This document shows positions 25,778 through 34,796 of a stretch of DNA of 64,000 nucleotides, one piece after another. A program made the position numbers and the translations under genes. Source of the stretch: a virus; the IMG/VR virus record IMGVR_UViG_3300003878_000001, positions 1 to 64,000 of that record, one strand, 5' to 3'. Below the pieces are notes generated by a model that was given only the letters and a program-made list of their open reading frames with translations, was not told the DNA's origin and did not search any database. Within the stretch, counting starts at the first letter, position 1. Every line of letters begins with the position of its first letter.

Positions 25778-25838
25778 AGTTCTCTTTATACTTCACTTTA
25801 TACTTTATTATATCATATTTCCATTGAAAATACAATAC

Positions 25839-26360
25839 TTAGAAACCTTTGATAGTTTTAATGAGGTCATCAAGACGGATATATTGGGAAGTATTAGCAG
25901 GCAATAGGATATCTGCATCTTCATACAATTGAGGCAAATCTGCAAAGCTAGGCTCAAGTTTTTGCTCGTCCGTAAGATTGGCATCTCCTACAAAAAGTGT
26001 GATCACATTGTGATTAGTATTCATCAATGTGGAACGCTCAAGAGCATATCTCATATCATGAATAATTGTTGTAGGAATATTATTAGGAACTCGTTCAACT
26101 AAAGCAGAAGCCCAAATATTATGTCCAAAACGATCTTTGTATGCCTGAGATCGCTGTCTCAAGATTCTCCTTGTTCCTGCTGTTGTTGGTTTAGCATAAG
26201 CTTTCTCTCGGGTCAAATGACCGTCAAGAATGCACCTCTCACGTAACTCTGTTGCAAAAGCCAAAAATGAGCAATTGCCAAAGTAGGGAGCCAATTCGCC
26301 TGCAAGTGTTGATTTTCCTGTGCCATCTTTGCCACAGATAGCAATGATTGTATTTTCCAT
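25839..26360 (-). CDS. P-loop nucleotide kinase-like protein (possible dNMP kinase)
   Basis: Start taken at ATG 26360, 1 nt after the upstream stop. Walker A CGKDGTGKST near the N-terminus. Small single-domain size. Confidence 0.45.
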   Translation of the reverse strand: MENTIIAICGKDGTGKSTLAGELAPYFGNCSFLAFATELRERCILDGHLTREKAYAKPTTAGTRRILRQRSQAYKDRFGHNIWASALVERVPNNIPTTIIHDMRYALERSTLMNTNHNVITLFVGDANLTDEQKLEPSFADLPQLYEDADILLPANTSQYIRLDDLIKTIKGF

Positions 26361-26361
26361 G

Positions 26362-26577
26362 TTATGTTTCAATTTGTTCAATATGTCCACTCTCAATCAG
26401 CTTCTCTCTTAGATCTTCAGCTCTATTGGACATTCTTCTTTGTGCTGTTTCTTTTGGAGCCTCTAATTTGGATAACCTATAATCTGTTGCCCAAAGCTCG
26501 ACAGCCAATTGTGAATTTGTTAGTCTATGTGCTGGTGTTTTTTGTCTCATCCAATTAGGTAAACCTCCTCTACTCAT
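26362..26577 (-). CDS. hypothetical protein (71 aa)
   Basis: ATGA overlap with the small ORF upstream. Confidence 0.5.
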   Translation of the reverse strand: MSRGGLPNWMRQKTPAHRLTNSQLAVELWATDYRLSKLEAPKETAQRRMSNRAEDLREKLIESGHIEQIET

Positions 26578-26744
26578 TCTGTGTCAATCCTCAAGTCATT
26601 AACCAATGCTTCTAGAAAAGTCACGTCAGGCCCGCTGTTGAGCTTATTGAATGTGTTCATTTCTATCATTGTGTTGAAAGAGTGAACAAGGACAGATGCA
26701 ACAATAAACCCAATAATGTATTTCTTTTGAAAGTAGTTTCTCAT
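26574..26744 (-). CDS. small membrane-like protein (56 aa), below the ORF-track cutoff
   Basis: ATGA overlaps at both ends (26741-26744 and 26574-26577). Hydrophobic segment YIIGFIVASVLVHSF. Confidence 0.45.
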   Translation of the reverse strand: MRNYFQKKYIIGFIVASVLVHSFNTMIEMNTFNKLNSGPDVTFLEALVNDLRIDTE

Positions 26745-27274
26745 TTCATATCTCCTGTTTTATGCCAAAATGGATAGTTTTTTGAAGTCACCCTATTGTT
26801 TACACAGTTTCGACTGAGTTTCAATATTCTTGATGCTTCACTTATGCTATTAAATATACCATGAGGTGTTTGAATTTTTCCTTTACTCATCGATAAGGAG
26901 ATTTTGTCTTTGGTTTTTTGGTCTCTTGTTGTTCCTTGTTTGGCTTTTCTCATTTTTTCTTTAGAAAGTTCAGAATGAGTTCTACCATACATAGGGTGTA
27001 GATCTCCAGGCATACTGTTACCACCAAGGCAGTAATTGGTAAGTGTTGAATAATTATCCTTGATATATGCTTTCTCTCGCTTTATAGCTTGTTCTTTAGA
27101 CAATCCATCTTCAAGGATTTTTACTGAAAAAGTGTTCTTAAGTTGAGCATTGCGATACCTTTCCATGCACTCTTGATTGTTTCTAGACAGGTGATAGGCT
27201 CTTTCAGTTGTTCCCATTCCTATATAAAATGGGACATAAAGATCACACCATGCATATACCACATATTCACCCAT
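26741..27274 (-). CDS. GIY-YIG homing endonuclease
   Basis: YVVYAWCDLYVPFYIGMG and NUMOD3-like MYGRTHSELSKEKM. C-terminal HTH-like FNSISEASRILKLSRNCV. Confidence 0.8.
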   Translation of the reverse strand: MGEYVVYAWCDLYVPFYIGMGTTERAYHLSRNNQECMERYRNAQLKNTFSVKILEDGLSKEQAIKREKAYIKDNYSTLTNYCLGGNSMPGDLHPMYGRTHSELSKEKMRKAKQGTTRDQKTKDKISLSMSKGKIQTPHGIFNSISEASRILKLSRNCVNNRVTSKNYPFWHKTGDMK

Positions 27275-27449
27275 TTCTCAAAAGCTCCTTCACCAAATTG
27301 TCTTTTACCATCATTTGTCGCATGACTTCAACAACCATTTCTTGAGCCTGTTTTAATGATAAATTTCCTGCTTGATTTTTGATCTGTTGGAGCTTAAACT
27401 GTTGCTCCATAGAAAGAGAACCGGGTAGATTGTTATCTTGCGTACTCAT
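27267..27449 (-). CDS. hypothetical protein (60 aa)
   Basis: Overlaps both neighbours by 4-8 nt. Confidence 0.45.
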   Translation of the reverse strand: MSTQDNNLPGSLSMEQQFKLQQIKNQAGNLSLKQAQEMVVEVMRQMMVKDNLVKELLRNG

Positions 27450-28285
27450 TGATTATCCTCAATATATTGATTAGCAATTCCGATAAGTGTATCGTAATGT
27501 TTTCCATGACTAGCGATCCATTTTTCAATTGTTGTCACTCTCGGAATTTTTTTCTTCAAAGATTTTTTAATGTGATTTCTCACTTTTTCCGCTAAAGTAG
27601 GAGGCTTGGGCTCTTTCTTTTTACGTTTTTTCTTGAAGGATTCGGCTAATTCATAGGTGTCTGCATTGTCTGATTCATTGATCAATCTGTATAGGTCAAC
27701 TTGATCAATTTCCTCGAAGTATGCTTTGTTCAATCTGCAAAATGCCATACCAGCTACAAATTGATTGTATATCCACCAATCAGGGATATCAAGGAAAGCC
27801 CATGAAGCAAAATGCGTTTTGTGTTCAATATAGTATTTCCGGTATAGTGTAACAATATCACTGTCACTCACTATTCTATCATGAGGGTAAATTGAATCAG
27901 GAAGAGCCGTTGCCCAACCAAGAAATTCATCAGTATCCCAATCATCGGCAGCATAAGCCAATTCTTGAATTTTTGAGAATTCAGCCAATGATCCATGATC
28001 ATGATTGTGATTGTAACGAATCTGCCATTCATCATTGAGTGCTATAACAAGATCACATAGCCATCTAAAGTGTGCTTTAGACTCAAAAATCCAAGTTGTA
28101 CAAGGATGATTTCTATAACCTTTAACAGGTTTACCCTTTTTTGTCATGAAATAAGGTTTATCGATTACAGAGTTAACATAGACTTTCATCATATGTATAG
28201 ATTCCATAATCATTTTTGAAACGTGAAGATCACAATGGTATTGAGCAGCAACACTAGGATCAGTGTCAAGGACGAAAATATTCAT
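27446..28285 (-). CDS. conserved-looking hypothetical protein (279 aa)
   Basis: N-terminus MNIFVLDTDPSVAAQYHCDLHVSKM and a Lys-rich C-terminal segment. I could not assign a function. Confidence 0.55.
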   Translation of the reverse strand: MNIFVLDTDPSVAAQYHCDLHVSKMIMESIHMMKVYVNSVIDKPYFMTKKGKPVKGYRNHPCTTWIFESKAHFRWLCDLVIALNDEWQIRYNHNHDHGSLAEFSKIQELAYAADDWDTDEFLGWATALPDSIYPHDRIVSDSDIVTLYRKYYIEHKTHFASWAFLDIPDWWIYNQFVAGMAFCRLNKAYFEEIDQVDLYRLINESDNADTYELAESFKKKRKKKEPKPPTLAEKVRNHIKKSLKKKIPRVTTIEKWIASHGKHYDTLIGIANQYIEDNQ

Positions 28286-28590
28286 TAAACATCACCTTTT
28301 GTAGTGAACTTTTCCCGAGCAAATTCTAAATCTTCGACATAAGCAATATCAACAACAATCATAACTTTTGTTCCCCAAAAATTAGGAGTCCAAACCCAAG
28401 CCCAACATCCTCCATCGTATCCTTCAATCTCAATAGGGTGAATGCCTTCTTCTGGCATACCAGTCGGAACATTTAACAAATCATACCCTAAAACAGATTC
28501 TAGTTCACCATGAGCATAACAAAAACTTGTTGCCTGATTAGCACCTGTACGAAAATCACCTTGGTTAACTGGAATTGCTTTGAGATTCAT
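28285..28590 (-). CDS. hypothetical protein (101 aa)
   Basis: 1-nt stop/start overlap with the downstream gene. Confidence 0.5.
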   Translation of the reverse strand: MNLKAIPVNQGDFRTGANQATSFCYAHGELESVLGYDLLNVPTGMPEEGIHPIEIEGYDGGCWAWVWTPNFWGTKVMIVVDIAYVEDLEFAREKFTTKGDV

Positions 28591-28663
28591 AATCCTTTAT
28601 CGCTATTGTTACTACATTATACTGAGAACTTCTATGTTAAGCCCTCAGTATAATTACTCGAAT

Positions 28664-29008
28664 TTAAGAGAATGATAAATACAGACCAGTGAAGTCTTCG
28701 AACAACCCTTTCAATTGGTCACAGTAGACTCCGGTCTTTGTCTCTCTTTCGGTAAAATTCATGCCATGAATATAACCAAATGTAACATCATACTCATCAG
28801 AAGAATTCAATTCGATTTTCAGATGATTAGCTTGTTTACCATCTACACATTTTGTACGAGGAAACTTAAAAGTCAAGTTTTGAAAATCTGCTTTGCCATC
28901 ATAGCTAAAGTTTTTCGCACCAACAAAACTACTTAAGACACCGAAACCACGCTTTGATTGAGTCAACTGGTTAGCAATCTCGGTAACTTGTTCACGAGTG
29001 AATTTCAT
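28664..29008 (-). CDS. hypothetical protein (114 aa)
   Basis: Minus-strand ORF with its own upstream TATAAT-like box. Confidence 0.5.
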   Translation of the reverse strand: MKFTREQVTEIANQLTQSKRGFGVLSSFVGAKNFSYDGKADFQNLTFKFPRTKCVDGKQANHLKIELNSSDEYDVTFGYIHGMNFTERETKTGVYCDQLKGLFEDFTGLYLSFS

Positions 29009-29070
29009 CTTTTTCCTTTTGCTCTATGTACCTATTATACATAACTACCAGAGCAAAAGGATCAGTGATT

Positions 29071-30870
29071 TTACTTATTTTCTTTGGCTATAGCTCGCCT
29101 AATTGCTGATTCACTACCATGATCTTTCCATAGTTCTGTAAATCGTTTTTTGCGTATACCTTTGTATGTTTGACGTTTACACCATGTATTAATCCTTTTG
29201 ATCATTGCATCGCGTTCAATAGGTGCAGGCATTGCAACAGCTTCAAATTTAATGAATTTAAGACCTTTTTTAGAGCAATAGTCTTTTACATATTGATTCC
29301 AAGCAGTTGACAAAGGAACTCCATCATGATCTTCTTTGATGAATTTGTTTCGTAGATGATTACTAATACCTATTTCAGCGGCATGTTCTCTTATACGAGC
29401 TTTTAAGGACTTGGGACGAGCTTTTTTGACTGCAACCGATTTTTCAGTCCATTTTGAAGAAGTTACTACTTCTGTTGTTTCACTATTTGAGAAAGCAATT
29501 AAAGATCGCAATTGGAGACTCATTAAAGATTCAGGTGTCTTGATGACAGCATTAACTCCTCTTAAATCATTCGTAAGTTTCTTTTTTTCTTCTTTGAATT
29601 CTTTACCAGTTGAATTGTTGATCTTATATAACTGCATTTCAACAATAAATTGAGCCTGATCCTCATCAATGTTAAGTATCTTAATTAAACGATCTTGAGC
29701 ATTTTTCTTGTCTGAGGAAAGTCTAATTTGTCTAATTGTCTCGTCCAAACGTTTTACAGCCAAAAGGAACCCGTCAATGAATCGAATTCTTTTTTGAAGT
29801 AATAGTTTTTTATGAGTATATTCATTAATTACATACTGTTTACGAGCAGTAATCCAATGTTCAATAATTTCTATTGAATTCAATACTTTAGGTACACCAT
29901 TAACTAATACCGTATTGTTTCCGCCAAAAGTATCTTCAAGAGGTGTGGTGGCTAATAGGTTTGCAACAGTTTCTTTTGTTGAAATTCCTTTTGCAGGCGT
30001 AATATGTACATCAACACTATTTTTTGAATAGTCTTTAACGTCTTTGATAATTAGTTTGCCAGCAGAGACAGCTCCACGAATCTTTTCACAAAAAGTTTCC
30101 GCATCAACAAAAGGTAATTCTGTGACAATTATAGTTCCATCACGTTTACAAGTCCATTTGCCTTGTACTGAAATAGTACCACGACCTTCAAGAAGATAAT
30201 CTTTATATCCTTGATCTTTAAGAATACGACAACCAGACGGAAAAGAGATTCTAGGAATATCAATTTGTTCTGATTGCTCTAACAATTGTATTGAAGTATT
30301 GATGACTTGTTCCAATTTATAGGGAGCCATTTTGGTAGCGTACCCTACGGATATACCCATATTCCCCAATAGAAGAGCTAAAGGGATCATAGGAACAAAT
30401 TCAACTATTTCACGAGTTTGCTCATCATAGCTTGGACGGGTTATCAAATGTTTGGAGTCATTATCGAAGACCTTATCAGCAAAAGATGATAGCTTAGTTT
30501 CCAGATATCGAGCAGCAGCCGGATTATCTGCACTAATTCTCCTTCCTGTTTCTACTGCCCAACCACCAACATTACCATGAATATGAGTCAATGCATAAGG
30601 TGTTACAGATCTATCACCCATTGTAATAATTGTTCCTTCTGCTCCCGCATGAGGATGAAGCAAACCTGTCACAAGTCCACTTACTTTCATTACCTTAGAT
30701 AATTTGTCTGTATGTCTATACCCTTTCAGCATAATTTGCATGATACGACGTTGACTAATTTTTAGCCCGTCAATCACTGAAGGTAAAGAGCGATTCAAAG
30801 TTTCCATTGCATAAGACAAATAATCTTGCTGCAATTGGTCACTCAAATTTACAGATTCAATTTGTTTCAT
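29071..30870 (-). CDS. type II DNA topoisomerase, GyrA/ParC-like cleavage subunit (T4 gp52-like)
   Basis: LPSVIDGLKISQRRIM, LLHPHAGAEG and AAARYLETKL (active-site Tyr region). No ATPase subunit is present in this window. Confidence 0.85.
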   Translation of the reverse strand: MKQIESVNLSDQLQQDYLSYAMETLNRSLPSVIDGLKISQRRIMQIMLKGYRHTDKLSKVMKVSGLVTGLLHPHAGAEGTIITMGDRSVTPYALTHIHGNVGGWAVETGRRISADNPAAARYLETKLSSFADKVFDNDSKHLITRPSYDEQTREIVEFVPMIPLALLLGNMGISVGYATKMAPYKLEQVINTSIQLLEQSEQIDIPRISFPSGCRILKDQGYKDYLLEGRGTISVQGKWTCKRDGTIIVTELPFVDAETFCEKIRGAVSAGKLIIKDVKDYSKNSVDVHITPAKGISTKETVANLLATTPLEDTFGGNNTVLVNGVPKVLNSIEIIEHWITARKQYVINEYTHKKLLLQKRIRFIDGFLLAVKRLDETIRQIRLSSDKKNAQDRLIKILNIDEDQAQFIVEMQLYKINNSTGKEFKEEKKKLTNDLRGVNAVIKTPESLMSLQLRSLIAFSNSETTEVVTSSKWTEKSVAVKKARPKSLKARIREHAAEIGISNHLRNKFIKEDHDGVPLSTAWNQYVKDYCSKKGLKFIKFEAVAMPAPIERDAMIKRINTWCKRQTYKGIRKKRFTELWKDHGSESAIRRAIAKENK

Positions 30871-30871
30871 A

Positions 30872-31159
30872 CTAGGATACCAATTCTAAGTTCAATTCTC
30901 TAGGAGTCATATTTTTGACTCTTTCTCTTTCAGCAGCATATTTTTCACGAGCTACTTCAAAGACTGTTTTGGCGGGAGTCTCACCTCTAGCGGGAACTGA
31001 CCACACCCAATCATAACGGGGCATAGTCTTTGTGTGAGTACGGATCAAAATAAGACCATTAAAGACAAAGAATTTCAGGTGACCAATTGCAAATACGCCT
31101 TCGCCTTCTGTTTCAGACTCAGTTGCATTGCTCATGTGACGTACTTGTTCAATGGTCAT
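30872..31159 (-). CDS. hypothetical protein (95 aa)
   Basis: Preceded by the conserved TATAAT-AGGGTATCAGAGTTAAGGAA leader. Confidence 0.5.
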   Translation of the reverse strand: MTIEQVRHMSNATESETEGEGVFAIGHLKFFVFNGLILIRTHTKTMPRYDWVWSVPARGETPAKTVFEVAREKYAAERERVKNMTPRELNLELVS

Positions 31160-31165
31160 GACTGG

Positions 31166-31192
31166 TTCCTTAACTCTGATACCCTCATTATA
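31166..31192 (-). promoter_or_regulatory. conserved promoter plus leader: TATAATGAGGGTATCAGAGTTAAGGAA
   Basis: Near-identical to 37740-37766 (TATAATTAGGGTATCAGAGTTAAGGAA). It ends in a strong SD just before ATG 31159. Confidence 0.55.
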
Positions 31193-31227
31193 TTTGATCC
31201 TTACCGTAATGTACTCCGAAAATATAC

Positions 31228-31686
31228 TTAAATCATATATTCAGGTTCAGGTTTAATCAGATGTATACTTCTTACACCTGCATGACTCATATAGTATTCT
31301 GCTTCTCTTTGATTTTCAGACCAGTTACCATCAGGATTAATAGGTGGACAAACAACCGTAGAAATACCTGATTGTATGATAGCTAATGAACAGGCTAAAC
31401 AAGGAGCATAAGTACAATATATTGTTGCATTTTCGGGTTTTACAGGACAGTTATATATTGCGTTTGCTTCAGCATGTACAACATGTTGATTTTTGAATTC
31501 CCTATTAGCATATAAATCTAGTGAATCAGATAAACCTCTTGGAAATCCGTTGTATCCACAAGATAACACCAATCGATCCTTAACTATGACTGCCCCAACT
31601 TTTCGTCTAGGATCTTTAGACCAATTGGCAACTAGATGAGCCATTTCTAAGAATCTATGATCCCATTTTTCATCTGTTTTTTGCAT
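31228..31686 (-). CDS. dCMP deaminase
   Basis: HAEANAI and PCLACSLAI zinc-binding motifs, with typical size. Confidence 0.9.
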   Translation of the reverse strand: MQKTDEKWDHRFLEMAHLVANWSKDPRRKVGAVIVKDRLVLSCGYNGFPRGLSDSLDLYANREFKNQHVVHAEANAIYNCPVKPENATIYCTYAPCLACSLAIIQSGISTVVCPPINPDGNWSENQREAEYYMSHAGVRSIHLIKPEPEYMI

Positions 31687-31900
31687 AATCTTTCACTATT
31701 CTCAATAAATCTTTTTTACGTCTATTATTTAACAAGGTCTTCCATCTGTCATCATCCCAATCAGCGGCAAAGACAATTCCTTCCATCTTAGAGAAGATAA
31801 TTGAACACTTTTCCACATGATTTGAGAATATTTCAAACGAGTTAGTTCCAATATTTATCTGTCCAATTGGATGATATACTCCATTCCATGTTACAATCAT
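31670..31900 (-). CDS. hypothetical protein (76 aa)
   Basis: Overlaps both neighbours. Confidence 0.45.
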   Translation of the reverse strand: MIVTWNGVYHPIGQINIGTNSFEIFSNHVEKCSIIFSKMEGIVFAADWDDDRWKTLLNNRRKKDLLRIVKDYAKNR

Positions 31901-32757
31901 TTTATCCCTCTTAGAATACTGGTAATAATGTCAATTGTCCATCCGTTGCCTATACATTTTACTGATTGACTTTTAGAAATCACTCCATTAAAATAGTCAT
32001 CAGGAAGATTTTGAAGCCTGCACATCTCTGCAATTGTCAAATATCTATAGCTTTTCCTATTGGGTAGAACGTAATTTCCAACAGGCTTGTTTGTTAGAAC
32101 ATTGTTTTTTTGTACTGTTGTAATACAATTAGTTTTTAGCTTATTAACCACTTCCATCACCTGTAAAGTTTTGGAGCCTGCTGGGAGCCTTTGACCAGAC
32201 TCATTAACATAACGTCCTCTAACTGATCCGATGTTTCTATAGTTTAGATCATCAAGAATGTCATGATAATGAATATGTTTATTAATAGGAATATTGAAAG
32301 GTATATTAGTCCAATATAGTCTTAAACGAGTTTGACCCGAGACAAGAGATGAATTCATTGGAACAGGTTTTACACCTAGTTCATCAGATATGATATCAAT
32401 ATATTCTTGTTTCATCTTGACGTTTTCTAAAAGAAAAAACCTTGGTTTTAATTCTCTCAAAAGACGAACAAATTCAAAGAATAATTTAGAACGAGGGTCT
32501 TCAAAATTCAGGTTTTTGCCAGCATATGAGAATCCTTGACAAGGGGAACCACCCATTAATAAATCAATAGGTGGCAACGTTTTAGAATCAATTTGTTGTA
32601 CATCACCTAGTTGAATTGTTTTCGGAAAATGGTGTTGTGTAACCTTTATAGCAAACTTATCAATCTCAGAGGAAAAATAGTTATCATATTGAATACCAAG
32701 CCGGTTCAATGCCACTTGACCACAACTTACACCATCAAAAAGAGATAAAACATTCAT
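31897..32757 (-). CDS. DNA (cytosine-5)-methyltransferase
   Basis: LSLFDGVSCG (motif I), GGSPCQGFS (motif IV), LLENV (motif VI), QNLPDDY and GNGWTIDI (motif X). Confidence 0.9.
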   Translation of the reverse strand: MNVLSLFDGVSCGQVALNRLGIQYDNYFSSEIDKFAIKVTQHHFPKTIQLGDVQQIDSKTLPPIDLLMGGSPCQGFSYAGKNLNFEDPRSKLFFEFVRLLRELKPRFFLLENVKMKQEYIDIISDELGVKPVPMNSSLVSGQTRLRLYWTNIPFNIPINKHIHYHDILDDLNYRNIGSVRGRYVNESGQRLPAGSKTLQVMEVVNKLKTNCITTVQKNNVLTNKPVGNYVLPNRKSYRYLTIAEMCRLQNLPDDYFNGVISKSQSVKCIGNGWTIDIITSILRGIK

Positions 32758-32770
32758 ATCATACTATGGT

Positions 32771-32811
32771 AAAATACTTAAGAACGGGCAAAGACAACTC
32801 CTTACCCGTTC
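32771..32811 (-). terminator. Rho-independent terminator after 32829-33749
   Basis: 10-bp stem GAACGGGTAA/TTGCCCGTTC on the minus strand. The single G-U is a wobble only on that strand. A T-rich tail follows. Confidence 0.6.
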
Positions 32812-32828
32812 AATTTAATCAACAGATT

Positions 32829-33749
32829 CTAGCCAAGAATTGTATCAAGAGAAACAACTTGAGCATCAGCCGCGTATGTTTCATCAATCAAAGCAAATCG
32901 AGCAGTCATCTTTGTTTCGTCCTTTTTGTTGGGTGTGTGATCCAACTCGAATTTAACGGGCAATTGAACACCAGCATCAAGATAAGAGTTAATCCCGTTA
33001 TGACCCCACATATCCCATTCTTCACCCCGTTCAGCAATTTGAGGATCACCAACTTGAGGAACAACAGTAATAATATAGGAACCACCGTGCTTAGTTTTGA
33101 TTGAACGTACTTTAGTGATGGTAAAGACGCCACCAGTTGTCATATCACGAGGATCAACAGGATCGCCATTTGAAGAACCACCATTGCCGGGTTCTGCTAC
33201 CATTTCAAGAATCTTTTCAATCTTACCTTTTTCAAGGTGACGCTTAATCTGAGAGATACCTTCTTCACCAATTGGGTTGTTCCAATCAACGTCTTTAACA
33301 ACAACAGGAAGAACAATCATATCCTCATCTACATCAAGCTTAACAAGCAAAGTAGGTTCGTCATATTGAATTTTTTCCCATGAGAATTCGAAGGATAGAT
33401 CTTCATTTTCAACAGGGCCAGCAATTGAATTTTTCCCAAGTGTCAGAGGAATATACTCATTACCCCAGCGAATAGTTAGAGTGTTAGGTTCTGTACCACG
33501 ATACAGAGCAGGGCCATACAATTTGGTGATCCCTTTACCTTCCTGGTTTCGTGCTTGAATAAAGGTGTCAGACGGCATAGTCTCACCTGTCAAAGCTGTA
33601 TAGATTGCCTCATAGCGTTCTAGCATTTGAGAGGGAAGAGCAGCAGGAGGCAAACCAATATATTCAGGCTGACCAGCAAACAACTTAGGATTTTTTAGAG
33701 AGATGAATTCAGGTGCTTGTAGGCTCAGAAGAATCTTGAAAGTTTCCAT
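32829..33749 (-). CDS. hypothetical protein (306 aa) in a self-contained promoter-to-terminator unit; possible ssDNA-binding protein
   Basis: It has its own promoter (33816-33852), a leader inverted repeat and a terminator. The Gly/Ser/Asp linker followed by the beta-rich C-terminal part (FTITKVRSIKTKHGGSYIITV) is only suggestive of an OB fold. Confidence 0.55.
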   Translation of the reverse strand: METFKILLSLQAPEFISLKNPKLFAGQPEYIGLPPAALPSQMLERYEAIYTALTGETMPSDTFIQARNQEGKGITKLYGPALYRGTEPNTLTIRWGNEYIPLTLGKNSIAGPVENEDLSFEFSWEKIQYDEPTLLVKLDVDEDMIVLPVVVKDVDWNNPIGEEGISQIKRHLEKGKIEKILEMVAEPGNGGSSNGDPVDPRDMTTGGVFTITKVRSIKTKHGGSYIITVVPQVGDPQIAERGEEWDMWGHNGINSYLDAGVQLPVKFELDHTPNKKDETKMTARFALIDETYAADAQVVSLDTILG

Positions 33750-33780
33750 TTTGTGTTTCCTTTTGTTTTAGTTTTTAGTT

Positions 33781-33813
33781 TTGTACAAGAGCTTTTCTTT
33801 TTCTCTTGTACAA
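33781..33813. repeat. perfect 11-bp inverted repeat in the leader of 32829-33749
   Basis: TTGTACAAGAG (33781-33791), an 11-nt spacer, then CTCTTGTACAA (33803-33813), immediately downstream of the -10 box. Confidence 0.6.
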
Positions 33814-33815
33814 CT

Positions 33816-33852
33816 ATTATAACCAAACCATTTTTCAAAAGGTACCCAGTAT
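33816..33852 (-). promoter_or_regulatory. promoter-like element: ATACTGGGTA box, 21-nt spacer, TATAAT
   Basis: Minus-strand ATACTGGGTA (33843-33852) and TATAAT (33816-33821). Confidence 0.5.
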
Positions 33853-33868
33853 AAGAAGAAAGTTTCGA

Positions 33869-34543
33869 TTATGTGTAACTAATATTGTGGTTTTCTTCAA
33901 ACCCATGAGGTAATAAGGGGAAATGCACCCGAGGATTTACACCAGTTTTCCACATTTTTTGAATTAGTTCCACAAACGAGATTTGAGAATCAGGATGGAT
34001 GCCAATTAGCCACCCGTACTCTAAAGGAAGTTTTGCTTCTAATCGATAAATGCCAGATTCTAAAGTTGTTACTGTTCCAAATCTTTCATAAGTTATTTGA
34101 GTATCAATAAACTGATTAATTAGTTTATCTTCCAAAGGTTTCAAACTGTTCTGAGCATAGCGTTTGGCTCCAAACCCTTGACTAGAAAATGCACAAGTAG
34201 AACATGTATCAATAACAACCCATTCATCACATTTCTGTTCCTCTATTCTATAATCCGTTAAAGAGATAGAGCAAATGTCATTATAAATCTGTTCTTTGAC
34301 TCTCTCAATTCTTTCATTATAATCAGTAGCTATCAAACTGTATTTTTCAAAAGTTTTCTGACGAAATTCAACACTAACATGTTTTGATATTTTGTTTGAA
34401 TCCCATTTTTTGTTCTTTGGTTTAAGCCTCTTACCCTCTGCCAATAGTTCAGCATCAAATTTAGCTTGAAGTTGTTCCAACTTATAGTAACTATTGATTT
34501 TTGTATATCTTGTGTACAGCCGCTTGAGTTTTCTCGGTGTCAT
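33869..34543 (-). CDS. hypothetical protein (224 aa)
   Basis: The ATG is preceded by repeat copy R3. Confidence 0.5.
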   Translation of the reverse strand: MTPRKLKRLYTRYTKINSYYKLEQLQAKFDAELLAEGKRLKPKNKKWDSNKISKHVSVEFRQKTFEKYSLIATDYNERIERVKEQIYNDICSISLTDYRIEEQKCDEWVVIDTCSTCAFSSQGFGAKRYAQNSLKPLEDKLINQFIDTQITYERFGTVTTLESGIYRLEAKLPLEYGWLIGIHPDSQISFVELIQKMWKTGVNPRVHFPLLPHGFEENHNISYT

Positions 34544-34552
34544 TCTAACTTT

Positions 34553-34601
34553 CTCGCATTACTATAGTTTATATAATCACTTTTTTAATAAAATAAAGTA
34601 T
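34553..34601. repeat. quasi-palindromic intergenic repeat, copy R3 (GCGAG box at left end)
   Basis: CTCGCATTAC-TATAGTTTATATAATCA-CTTTTTTAATAAA-ATAAAGTAT. Confidence 0.65.
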
Positions 34602-34780
34602 CAATTGAGAGAAGACAAGTAAATCCTCTCAAATAGAATAGACTCTTTGAAATTCACTAACCAATATAAACCCTGTTGATCTCTATGTCTCCAAACCACT
34701 CCTAAATCTTCCTCATGCCTAACTAATAATCCTTGCTTTAAGGCATATCGTATGGATCGCATTTGATCTGTTGTTATCAT
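34601..34780 (-). CDS. hypothetical protein (59 aa) flanked by inverted repeat copies R3 and R4
   Basis: ATG 34780 with a GAGAGAAA upstream. The track start at 34795 is TTG. Confidence 0.45.
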   Translation of the reverse strand: MITTDQMRSIRYALKQGLLVRHEEDLGVVWRHRDQQGLYWLVNFKESILFERIYLSSLN

Positions 34781-34796
34781 TTTCGTTTCTCTCAAG

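Noticed and set aside
27446-28285. A pyrimidine-dimer glycosylase (T4 endonuclease V-like) assignment.
   Set aside because: The N-terminus only vaguely recalls that family and I could not align the catalytic N-terminal Thr / Glu23 context. Left as a conserved hypothetical.
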